Shown piece after piece: positions 21,553 through 29,629 of a stretch of DNA of 64,000 nucleotides (positions within the stretch are counted from its first letter, which is position 1; each line of letters begins with the position of its first letter). The notes under the pieces were generated by a model. The model was not told the origin of the DNA. It was given only the letters and a program-made list of their open reading frames with translations, and searched no databases. A program made the position numbers and the translations under genes. The stretch is from an uncultured Rhodospirillales bacterium (GTDB lineage: Bacteria; Pseudomonadota; Alphaproteobacteria; Rhodospirillales; Casp-alpha2), in contig CBFDBO010000008.1 of assembly GCA_965603075.1 (NCBI GenBank), positions 9,098 through 73,097 of the forward strand. Direction: 5' to 3'.

Positions 21553-22655
21553 GGGGATACAGTGTCATTGATTGATGGGAGGATAGCCCCACTATTAATC
21601 CAATTTAAGACTACCTTAGAAGCACTCTCAGTGGATATTGTTGTGAAAGTGCTCAACGCCTTTTGTTCGTGATCTTCTTTTTCATACATATTTTCATACA
21701 TATTTTTACGCGTCTTATTAAATAATAATCCAAATTGCATATAGTTTAACCCGGCAACTTTGCAGGCAATCGCAAGCGGTTCAGAGGAATGATCAAAAAG
21801 AATTTTAGAACACATGCCTTCATTTAATTGCGTTGCTTGAGAAAATAACGAAATAAACAAATGGGCTTCGCCATCATTCAATGCTGACATAATCATGTTT
21901 GGTGAGACGAGGTTTTCTTCCTTAAGTACATGCGCAAGTTCGGATAATTTATGGGAGTTATTATTTTTTGTGTTCTGAGTCGTATAATCTAATGTTTGTT
22001 TCATTAAATCACTTAAAACAGTCTCATCGATATTGTATTGCGCAATAATATAAGTGCGTAACGCATCTGATACCCAAACAAACATTTTCTTCGCCAGCGT
22101 ATCGGGTAATTCGTCACGGTGGAGAAGGGGTTCTTGGAAACTGTCAAAACGCTTGCTTTGCTCAACCAAGTATTCAATCGAACTTTCTGATATCCTAGCG
22201 TTCTTGTTATTCAATAAACTGGTGATGACACCTTCATCACTTTCTTCAATTAAGCTATTTGAGACATCTTCGCTAATATCATGACGTAATGTAATGGCCA
22301 GTTGATATTCTTGAGCCCGTAATTTGATGATTTGAATAAGGTCTTCGTCTCTTAAAACCAGGCTGTTGATCAAAATGGGATAGGCCACGTCAATTTCGTC
22401 ATTGGCTAAATCAATGATCAAATCAGTAGGAGCATCGGGACAAGAAGCCAATTGTAGGGAGAAATTTTTTCTTATGGAGGTTTCTGCATCCTGTATCAGC
22501 CCATGCATGATGCCAAACATCTGGGCTCTATCACGATCCGTCAGAACAGTTTTTTGATCATCAAACATATCAATGATGATTTGTGACAATCGATTGCGAC
22601 TTTCCAAAGATTTATCACGGGCAAGTCCAATCAGATAGCCTGATTCAAGTTCCAT
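21549..22655 (-). CDS. DUF2336 domain-containing protein
   Basis: 368-aa helical-repeat protein. The pattern LAND-E-DVA-PIL--S-VL-DEDLI-II matches my recollection of DUF2336. ATGA overlap with the downstream kinase. Confidence 0.6.
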   Translation of the reverse strand: MELESGYLIGLARDKSLESRNRLSQIIIDMFDDQKTVLTDRDRAQMFGIMHGLIQDAETSIRKNFSLQLASCPDAPTDLIIDLANDEIDVAYPILINSLVLRDEDLIQIIKLRAQEYQLAITLRHDISEDVSNSLIEESDEGVITSLLNNKNARISESSIEYLVEQSKRFDSFQEPLLHRDELPDTLAKKMFVWVSDALRTYIIAQYNIDETVLSDLMKQTLDYTTQNTKNNNSHKLSELAHVLKEENLVSPNMIMSALNDGEAHLFISLFSQATQLNEGMCSKILFDHSSEPLAIACKVAGLNYMQFGLLFNKTRKNMYENMYEKEDHEQKALSTFTTISTESASKVVLNWINSGAILPSINDTVSP

Positions 22656-22763
22656 CTATGACCTACATTTATCGTACCATTCATGTGTTTTGCACGTTAT
22701 TATTTGTATAATCATTATATTATTTTTATAGGAAATACAATCAAAAGCATATATATCAATAAA

Positions 22764-23387
22764 TTAGAATACTTTATTAAAGCATTTTTCTAGGGCTAAA
22801 TCTAATTCAGAAAAAGTAATATCAACGCCTAAATCTTTAAATGATGTGACCCCAAAATCATCAATGCCACAGGGAACGATGCCATCGAAATGATCTAAAT
22901 CTGGGAATAAGTTTATTGAAATGCCATGAAAGCTGACCCAGTGGCGAATACGAACGCCAATGGCTGCAATTTTTGCTTCTGCGTTACCTTTTTTGACCCA
23001 AATTCCAATGCGGTTATCACGGCGTTCACCTTTTATGCCAAATTCAGCGAGGGTTAGAATGATCCACTCTTCAAGTTTGTGAACATATCCACGAACGTCT
23101 CCGCCATAGTGACGTAGATCTAACATGACATAGGCTATGCGCTGCCCGGGACCGTGATAGGTGTATCGTCCTCCGCGCCCTGTCTCGAACACATCAAAAC
23201 GTTCTGAATCAACCAATTCTTTAGGATCAGCACTGGTTCCGGCGGTATAGAGGGCAGGGTGCTCGAGCAACCACACAGATTGTGCGCACGCGCCGGAGCG
23301 AATATCGGCTACCCGTTTATCCATAAAGGATAGAGCGTCCGGATAATCAACTGGTGCGGCGCTTTTAATCCATTCAATTGGCTTCAT
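22764..23387 (-). CDS. lipB: lipoyl(octanoyl) transferase
   Basis: 207 aa with GRGG..TYHGPGQ and KI.AIGVR motifs of LipB. Confidence 0.92.
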   Translation of the reverse strand: MKPIEWIKSAAPVDYPDALSFMDKRVADIRSGACAQSVWLLEHPALYTAGTSADPKELVDSERFDVFETGRGGRYTYHGPGQRIAYVMLDLRHYGGDVRGYVHKLEEWIILTLAEFGIKGERRDNRIGIWVKKGNAEAKIAAIGVRIRHWVSFHGISINLFPDLDHFDGIVPCGIDDFGVTSFKDLGVDITFSELDLALEKCFNKVF

Positions 23388-23514
23388 AATGACGAAAATA
23401 CCTTAAATATAAATTATTATCCACGAAAGAGCTTCCTGACGCTTGATCATCGCGTGACTATTTGCTATCTCCCCATCATCGAAACATCAACTGTTTTGTT
23501 TTGACTACCATTAT

Positions 23515-23602
23515 GCGGTCGTGGCGGAATTGGTAGACGCGCAGCGTTGAGGTCGCTGTGGGCGATAAGCCCGTGGAAGTTCGAGTCTTCTCGACCGCAC
23601 CA
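23515..23602 (+). tRNA. tRNA-Leu (anticodon GAG), class II with a long variable arm and encoded CCA
   Basis: Manual cloverleaf: acceptor GCGGTCG/CGACCGC, anticodon stem CAGCG/CGCTG with loop TTGAGGT, variable arm GGGC-GATAA-GCCC, T-loop TTCGAGT. Confidence 0.9.
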
Positions 23603-23626
23603 AAAATCCCCGCTTCAGGAAACTGA
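23540..23626 (+). repeat. proximal 87-bp direct repeat (attL-like): tRNA-Leu 3' 63 nt plus 24 nt of terminator
   Basis: 82/87 positions identical to 24795-24881 by manual alignment. Confidence 0.85.
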
Positions 23627-23641
23627 GGCGGGATTTTTTTT
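23606..23641 (+). terminator. rho-independent terminator of tRNA-Leu
   Basis: ATCCCCGCTTCAG / CTGAGGCGGGAT hairpin followed by a run of eight T. Confidence 0.7.
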
Positions 23642-23718
23642 GTTTTACAGCAAACACTTAACAGAAATCAACATCCCTTGATCCAATTCTGAGTTTCAAA
23701 GTTTGATTGTTTTTTTGA

Positions 23719-23748
23719 TTTGGTAGACGCACAGCGTAACTAACGCTC
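23719..23748 (+). other. tRNA 5'-half-like fragment (D-arm plus anticodon-stem remnant)
   Basis: TTGGTAGACGCACAGCGT matches the tRNA-Leu D-loop/anticodon stem (TTGGTAGACGCGCAGCGT) with one mismatch. The sequence then diverges, and no acceptor or T arm is present. Confidence 0.35.
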
Positions 23749-23918
23749 CGACTGATAATCAATTATTCGATATAGTTATAAGTTATTGAAAGTAAACAAA
23801 AATTAATCCATAAGTGGATCGAATTATCTAGCAATGGGGCGTGTGCCACGGATTGTATAGTATTTCAATCAGGTTATACTACTTTTAGACGTTTGAAATA
23901 TCATGAAGTGAGGCTCTG

Positions 23919-24638
23919 ATGGAAGAAGAAGTAGCAAAGTTTATTGGTAATGCCTTAGCTTATGGTGGTGGCGGAGCAGGTGTTGCGTATCTCCTTTTTA
24001 GGTATCTGGGGGCTAGCTGGATTGAGAATAAGTTTTCCATGCAATTAGAGCAATTCAAACACGAGCAAGAAATAGAAATCCAAAGGCTGCGCATCGAAAT
24101 AGACTCTACGTTAAGTGGAACTATCAAACTTCAAGAGTTTGAGTTTGGAACAATTCCTGAAGCGTGGAGGTTATTAGATAGCGCATTTAACTCAGTGGCA
24201 GGACTCGTCAATCCTGCGCAACAATACACAGATCTTGATCGTATGGACGATGATGAGATTGAAGAATTTCTAGAAAGCTGTGAGCTCCTTGAAACACAAA
24301 AATCGCAAGTTCGCAACGCTGACAAAAAGGGACATAAATTCATTGAGCTAATATTTCATCATAAACTTCATCATGTGAAAGTGAAGTGCTTAGAACTCAG
24401 TATGTACGTTGCCCAAAATGGAATATTTTTCCCAAAAGAAATGAAGGAAAACTTCGAAGAAATCGTAGAAAAGTTACATTCAGCATCCATTGCTAAAGTA
24501 ATTGACCATGAATCCAAAGATTTCCAATATGGGATTAAGGCATGGAAAGAAGTTTCAGATGAAATCGTGCCATTCCGAAAAGCAATCGAGGATGCTATTT
24601 ACGAAAGGCTTCACTCACATGGTATGGTCAAAAAATGA
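23919..24638 (+). CDS. hypothetical membrane-anchored protein (no recognisable family)
   Basis: 239-aa ORF with an N-terminal hydrophobic Gly-rich helix (FIGNALAYGGGGAGVAYLLFRYLG) and a charged helical remainder. It is the only ORF between the 87-bp repeats. Confidence 0.55.
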   Translation: MEEEVAKFIGNALAYGGGGAGVAYLLFRYLGASWIENKFSMQLEQFKHEQEIEIQRLRIEIDSTLSGTIKLQEFEFGTIPEAWRLLDSAFNSVAGLVNPAQQYTDLDRMDDDEIEEFLESCELLETQKSQVRNADKKGHKFIELIFHHKLHHVKVKCLELSMYVAQNGIFFPKEMKENFEEIVEKLHSASIAKVIDHESKDFQYGIKAWKEVSDEIVPFRKAIEDAIYERLHSHGMVKK

Positions 24639-24707
24639 AACCCCGCAGCTCATTTGCTGCATATGATCGTTGGGTAGATAGATAATCTAACAACGCTGTG
24701 CGAGGAC

Positions 24708-24767
24708 TTGTGCCATGGTTTGTGCCAATTTGTGCCAAATACAAGGCATATGTTCCACCATGTTCCA
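24708..24767 (+). repeat. five phased 8-mers (TTGTGCCA x3, ATGTTCCA x2), candidate protein-binding array
   Basis: Copies start at 24708, 24720, 24730, 24750 and 24760. The array ends 28 bp before the distal 87-bp repeat. Confidence 0.6.
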
Positions 24768-24794
24768 TAAGAAATAGCAGTGTTCTGCCGCAAA

Positions 24795-24881
24795 CGCAGC
24801 GTTGAGGTCGCTGTGGGAGATAATCCCGTGGAAGTTCGAGACTTCTCGACCGCATCAAAAATCTCCGCTTCAGGAAACTGA
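24795..24881 (+). repeat. distal 87-bp direct repeat (attR-like): pseudo 3' part of tRNA-Leu plus half of the terminator
   Basis: Five mismatches to 23540-23626. These include a compensatory pair in the variable-arm stem and CCA changed to TCA. No tRNA 5' half precedes it. Confidence 0.85.
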
Positions 24882-24927
24882 TCGGGAAGAGTTGGCTGTT
24901 GTCACGGATTGTTAGATTGCCTTAAAT

Positions 24928-25074
24928 CTATTTACACCCATTTTTGGCGCACGTGATTTTTTCATGTGATTCTACCCAGTGACTTGGGTTATCTCTAGTG
25001 TTAAAGCCACAACCTGTTTTTCCGCCTTTAGTTCCTTGGTGTACTTCTTTGGTCGGTGTGTGTTTTACAGCCAT
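24928..25074 (-). CDS. small Cys/His-containing protein, 48 aa (below the ORF-track cutoff)
   Basis: Manual translation MAVKHTPTKEVHQGTKGGKTGCGFNTRDNPSHWVESHEKITCAKNGCK. AGGAGG lies 5 nt upstream of the ATG. Confidence 0.45.
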   Translation of the reverse strand: MAVKHTPTKEVHQGTKGGKTGCGFNTRDNPSHWVESHEKITCAKNGCK

Positions 25075-25411
25075 AATACCCTCCTACAATTATTAATAGC
25101 GATTCTAATCAAAAAAATATCTTATACGAGAAAAATTGACGGAGCAAATTTTATCCAAAATTTTAGTTATAGAAAATTGCCGATTTCATTTTAACAGGCT
25201 TCATTAAAAAGATATCCCTATGTTAAGTATAACCGAAATATTTCGTGCGCTGTACGGAGCCTTGAGGTCCCGTAGAGTAAAGCTTGAGTATATCCATAGC
25301 AGAACAATTTATAAACATTCTATTTTTAATATCTATATTTGTATGTAATGATACTCACGCCCTATAAGTTTCGTTTAGGAATGTTAGTCAAGAATATTAG
25401 GAGTAGTGACG

Positions 25412-25585
25412 ATGGATATGAAGAATAACACTGAACAAATAGTACGATCTGATGAGCGACGTGACACGAAGTCTAGTAATCGGCGTATTGGTGAGGATGG
25501 TTCAGTTATTGAACTCTTTGAAAAATATGAGGTTGTCGAAGAACGTAACAACATTAGAAGATCACAAAAAGAACGCCGATCTTAA
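25412..25585 (+). CDS. small highly charged protein, 57 aa (below the ORF-track cutoff)
   Basis: Manual translation MDMKNNTEQIVRSDERRDTKSSNRRIGEDGSVIELFEKYEVVEERNNIRRSQKERRS. AGGAG lies 8 nt upstream, and a weak hairpin plus T-run follows at about 25633-25660. Confidence 0.5.
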   Translation: MDMKNNTEQIVRSDERRDTKSSNRRIGEDGSVIELFEKYEVVEERNNIRRSQKERRS

Positions 25586-25746
25586 CCCAAACCTACCCAC
25601 CTCTCCCCTTTTTTGCTTTCTCGTGTAACATACGCGGGTTTTTTATATTATTAAACTCTTATAAGTTGTAAAGTTGAATTATTACTTACAAGTAAGGTTG
25701 CAATAACTCTACTAATATGAGTATGTTTACAATATAAATATACAAT

Positions 25747-28086
25747 TTGGTTAGTATTGTAGTCATGGGCAGTAAATATAGCATACTATACATAGAGTAT
25801 GATGCAGAATATATTAATATTACAGAAAATATTCTTCAAAGTATTGGATGTAATATTGATTTTGCTTCAAATTTTTCAGATGGATTAAAACGCCATAAAT
25901 CCACGCCCTATGATTTGATTATTCTTAACTCGACCCTTCAAGATAGTCCTATTCTTGACGCTATTAATCAATTTTTACAAACAAACCCGACATTACCAAT
26001 TCTGTTGGTGATGGATGATAATAACGCGAAGGTTGTTGCTGAGGCTTATAAAGCTGGTGTGCAGAATTCATTACAAAAATATCCAACAAATGACTTTTTA
26101 GAAATTTTTCCTACTATAATCCATAAATTACTAAATGAATTCAAATATCGTTTAAAGACACGCTTAAAGCTAGAGTCTTTAGAGAGTAAGAATGCCCAAT
26201 TATCCTATGCGGTAAGGATGGCAAAAGTTGGTATTTGGGAATGGGACGAGATTAAGAATCGACCTACTTATTGTTCCCCTGAATTATTGAATATTACCGA
26301 TAAAACGGAAGAAGAATTCTTTACGGATAATATAAGCCACTTTGATAAAGCCTCCCATGTTCTTAAAAAAGATCAAGAATCGTATATAGAAGTCGCCAAT
26401 TCTCGTTTTGAAACGAATGAAGGTTATTCTATTGAATATCGTAAATCGATGGCGAATACAGACATTCGATATTTCCTTGAACGATGTGAAATTGAACTTG
26501 ATGAAAAAGGAAAGCTGGTTCGTTCTTATGGTATTACCCAAGATATTACAGAATTAAAAGAAACGGAAAGTGCCAAAATAACCTACGAAACACAGCTTGA
26601 TGCCATCATAAACAATGTTGCCGTTGGCATTATTACGATCAGTAAATATGGTATAATCGAATCTTTCAATTCCGCCGCACAGGATATATTTGGCTATCTA
26701 GAAAACGATATTATCGGGTGCAGTGTTTCTGACTTAATCCATCCTGAGAGCCGTGATAAACACGAAGGGTATCTAGCAGACACCTCTGAAAGTGCGCGTG
26801 TTATTATGAATAACACGCGGGGTTTAAATGGTTTCCGTAAAGATCAAACTGAGTTCCCTATGGATATCACAATCTCCCCTATGGATTTAAATGGAGAAGA
26901 TAAGTTTATCGCTATTGTTCGTGATGTCACCCAGCGGGTTCTTGATCAAGAGAAATTATATGAATCCCAAAGGAATTATCAATGGGCTGCCGTGATTGGA
27001 AAAACAGGCCACTATATTTGGGATGAGGTCAATAATGTAGGAATTTATTGTTCTGACGAATTAGCCAAGATGTTTAATATCACACCAGAAAAATATATCG
27101 AAATTTCAAAAAATCCTAATCAAAAGACCATTTGCATTCACCCCGATGATCGTGAATGGCTCGCAAATTATATGAAGGCGATTGATGAAGAAGGGGATGA
27201 TATTGATATTGATTATCGTTACCTATTTCAAGACGATAGGGTTATGTATGTCCATAAGTATGGTCAACGGGTTAAAGATGATAACGGGCAAGTCATTAAA
27301 ACACTGGGTATCATTCATGATATAACAGAAGAAAAAATTGCTCAGTTGGCCTTGGTCGATGCTATGGAAGAAGCGCAGGTCGCCAATCGATCAAAGTCTG
27401 AATTTCTTGCCCATATGAGCCATGAATTAAGAACACCCTTGAATGCTATTACCGGGTTTTCGCAAGTAATGATGGGGGAGATGTTCGGTGAATTAGGGCA
27501 CCCTAAGTACCGTGAATATGCAGCCGATGTTCAAAAATCAGGTCAGCATTTATTGAGCGTTATCAATGATATTCTTGATTTATCTAAAGTGGCTGCTGGG
27601 GAGTTTATTATGAACTCATCCACATTTAATATTAAACATGTCATTGATGAATGCGTTCAAATGATACGCAATAAGAAATCAAATGATACGGTGAAAGCAG
27701 GGATTAACTTAGAGATTTATCCTATTAATATCTATGGTGATAAACGCATTATGAAACAGATAATATTGAATTTATTATCAAATGCCGTAAAATTCACTCC
27801 CCCCGAAGGTCAAATCATTGTATCGACCGAAAAAGATGCTCATCAAAACGCGATTGTTAAAATCATCGATAATGGCGAAGGTATTGCTGATATTGATATG
27901 CAAAAAGTCCTTGAACCTTTTGGGCAATCTAAAATAAACGCGCATCATTCCCACGCTGGTACGGGGCTTGGGTTATCTTTAAGTAAAAAATTGATTGAAT
28001 TACATGACGGAAAATTGGATTTAAAGAGCAAAGTCGGTATGGGGACAACCGTGACCCTAACAATCCCTTCCAATCGAATATCATAA
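25747..28086 (+). CDS. pseudo-receiver / multi-PAS sensor histidine kinase
   Basis: N-terminal REC-like fold with Asn at the phospho-acceptor position (YDLIILNS), at least three PAS-like segments, H-box EFLAHMSHELRTPLNAITGF, N-box LLNLLSNAVKFT, and G-boxes DNGEGI and GTGLGL. ATG 25765 is a likely alternative start. Confidence 0.85.
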   Translation: MVSIVVMGSKYSILYIEYDAEYINITENILQSIGCNIDFASNFSDGLKRHKSTPYDLIILNSTLQDSPILDAINQFLQTNPTLPILLVMDDNNAKVVAEAYKAGVQNSLQKYPTNDFLEIFPTIIHKLLNEFKYRLKTRLKLESLESKNAQLSYAVRMAKVGIWEWDEIKNRPTYCSPELLNITDKTEEEFFTDNISHFDKASHVLKKDQESYIEVANSRFETNEGYSIEYRKSMANTDIRYFLERCEIELDEKGKLVRSYGITQDITELKETESAKITYETQLDAIINNVAVGIITISKYGIIESFNSAAQDIFGYLENDIIGCSVSDLIHPESRDKHEGYLADTSESARVIMNNTRGLNGFRKDQTEFPMDITISPMDLNGEDKFIAIVRDVTQRVLDQEKLYESQRNYQWAAVIGKTGHYIWDEVNNVGIYCSDELAKMFNITPEKYIEISKNPNQKTICIHPDDREWLANYMKAIDEEGDDIDIDYRYLFQDDRVMYVHKYGQRVKDDNGQVIKTLGIIHDITEEKIAQLALVDAMEEAQVANRSKSEFLAHMSHELRTPLNAITGFSQVMMGEMFGELGHPKYREYAADVQKSGQHLLSVINDILDLSKVAAGEFIMNSSTFNIKHVIDECVQMIRNKKSNDTVKAGINLEIYPINIYGDKRIMKQIILNLLSNAVKFTPPEGQIIVSTEKDAHQNAIVKIIDNGEGIADIDMQKVLEPFGQSKINAHHSHAGTGLGLSLSKKLIELHDGKLDLKSKVGMGTTVTLTIPSNRIS

Positions 28087-28203
28087 AATTTTATCACTTT
28101 AAAAACTGTTTTATTCAATTTTAATTTTTACTGACGCCCGTTTGTCAGGATGGACGTGTCCATGTACCATAGGCATGCACATTGAATAATACTGGCCTTC
28201 TTC

Positions 28204-29616
28204 ATGAACTCACATATCAATCACGTCAAAACTGAAAATGAGGACCATGATGTTCAACCCAGTTATAAACTTGGGACGGCGCAAGTCAGTGCCATTATCG
28301 CGGCTTTGGATAATGCGGATGTTGAAACCGTTAAAAAGCTATGTGAACCTCTTCACCATGCTGATCTCGCTGATTTAATCGAATGGATGGGCACGGCGCA
28401 TCGCTTTGCTTTAATTGAAATTCTCGGTGATGATTTCAATGTCGAAGCCCTTTCTGATATCGATGATAATGTCCGAGAAGAAATTATCGAAAAGTGGGGG
28501 CATGAAAAAATTGCTCTGGCGGTTACAGAGCTTGATAGCGATGACGCGGTTGATCTCATTACAGATCTGGACGAAAAAGACCAACGTCAGGTTTTGGACG
28601 CCATCCCCGCTGAAGATCGCACCTTAATCGAGGAAAGCCTTAAATACCCGGAAGATAGCGCAGGGCGCTTAATGCAACGCGAAGTCGTCACGGTACCCGA
28701 ATTTTGGGGCGTGGGCGACACCATTGATTTTTTACGGGAGAGTGCTGAGCATGACCCTGAGGCATTGCCAGAAACATTCTTTGATATTTATGTCGTTGAC
28801 CCAGCCCACAAACCCACCGGGGCCGTAGGCTTAAGTAGAATGTTACGATCGGCACGCCATGTTAATATGAACGATATTATGTGGACCGACTTACACAAGA
28901 TACCCGTTACGGCCGATAAAGAAGATGTAGCCCATCTGTTTCGACAACGCGATCTTGTATCCGCTCCTGTAATTGATGATTCCGGTCGTCTTGTGGGGGC
29001 GATCACGGTAGATGATGTTGTCGACGTTATCGATGACGAACATGAAGAAGACATGATGTTGCTCGCCGGTGTTGGCGAAGATGATCTTTATGACGCCGCC
29101 ATTGATACAACACGCTCTCGATTTTCGTGGCTATTTGTGAATTTAATCACCGCTGGTTTAGCATCAATCGTTATCGGTTTTTTTGCCGCAACCATAGAAC
29201 AGATCGTTGCCCTCGCCATTCTAATGCCCATTGTCGCTTCAATGGGTGGAAATGCAGGCACACAATCCCTGACCGTGGCTGTTCGCGGTTTAGCCACCAA
29301 AGAACTTAACCCCACAAATGCAATGCGGGTTATTTCCAAAGAAGTGATTGTTGGTTTTATTAATGGCACCTTATTTGCTTTTATCGCCGGAATCGTGACT
29401 TGGTTATGGTTTGGCGATGAATTAATCGGTCTCGTAATTGCTATGGCAATGGTTATTAATATGATCGTGGCATCACTTGCGGGTGTCAGCATCCCAATTA
29501 TGCTAGAACGCGCCAATATTGATCCCGCAATAGCCTCCAGCGTCTTTGTAACAACCGTTACCGATATTATCGGTTTTTTGGCTTTTCTGGGGCTTGCTGC
29601 CCTTATTTTGATTTAA
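28204..29616 (+). CDS. mgtE: magnesium transporter MgtE
   Basis: 470 aa with an N-domain, tandem CBS region and five-TM C-terminus carrying the GGNAGTQS and TDIIGF motifs. Confidence 0.93.
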   Translation: MNSHINHVKTENEDHDVQPSYKLGTAQVSAIIAALDNADVETVKKLCEPLHHADLADLIEWMGTAHRFALIEILGDDFNVEALSDIDDNVREEIIEKWGHEKIALAVTELDSDDAVDLITDLDEKDQRQVLDAIPAEDRTLIEESLKYPEDSAGRLMQREVVTVPEFWGVGDTIDFLRESAEHDPEALPETFFDIYVVDPAHKPTGAVGLSRMLRSARHVNMNDIMWTDLHKIPVTADKEDVAHLFRQRDLVSAPVIDDSGRLVGAITVDDVVDVIDDEHEEDMMLLAGVGEDDLYDAAIDTTRSRFSWLFVNLITAGLASIVIGFFAATIEQIVALAILMPIVASMGGNAGTQSLTVAVRGLATKELNPTNAMRVISKEVIVGFINGTLFAFIAGIVTWLWFGDELIGLVIAMAMVINMIVASLAGVSIPIMLERANIDPAIASSVFVTTVTDIIGFLAFLGLAALILI

Positions 29617-29629
29617 AGGAAAAACATCT

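Noticed and set aside
24628-24858. 76-aa minus-strand ORF spanning the distal att-like repeat; I considered it as an integrase remnant.
   Set aside because: Its frame is built from the phased TGTKCCA repeats and the pseudo-tRNA segment. It has no tyrosine-recombinase motifs (no R..H..R..Y context).
24979-25194. 71-aa plus-strand ORF in the AT-rich spacer.
   Set aside because: It has no RBS and a hydrophobic low-complexity translation, and it is antisense to the better-supported 48-aa ORF, which has AGGAGG upstream.
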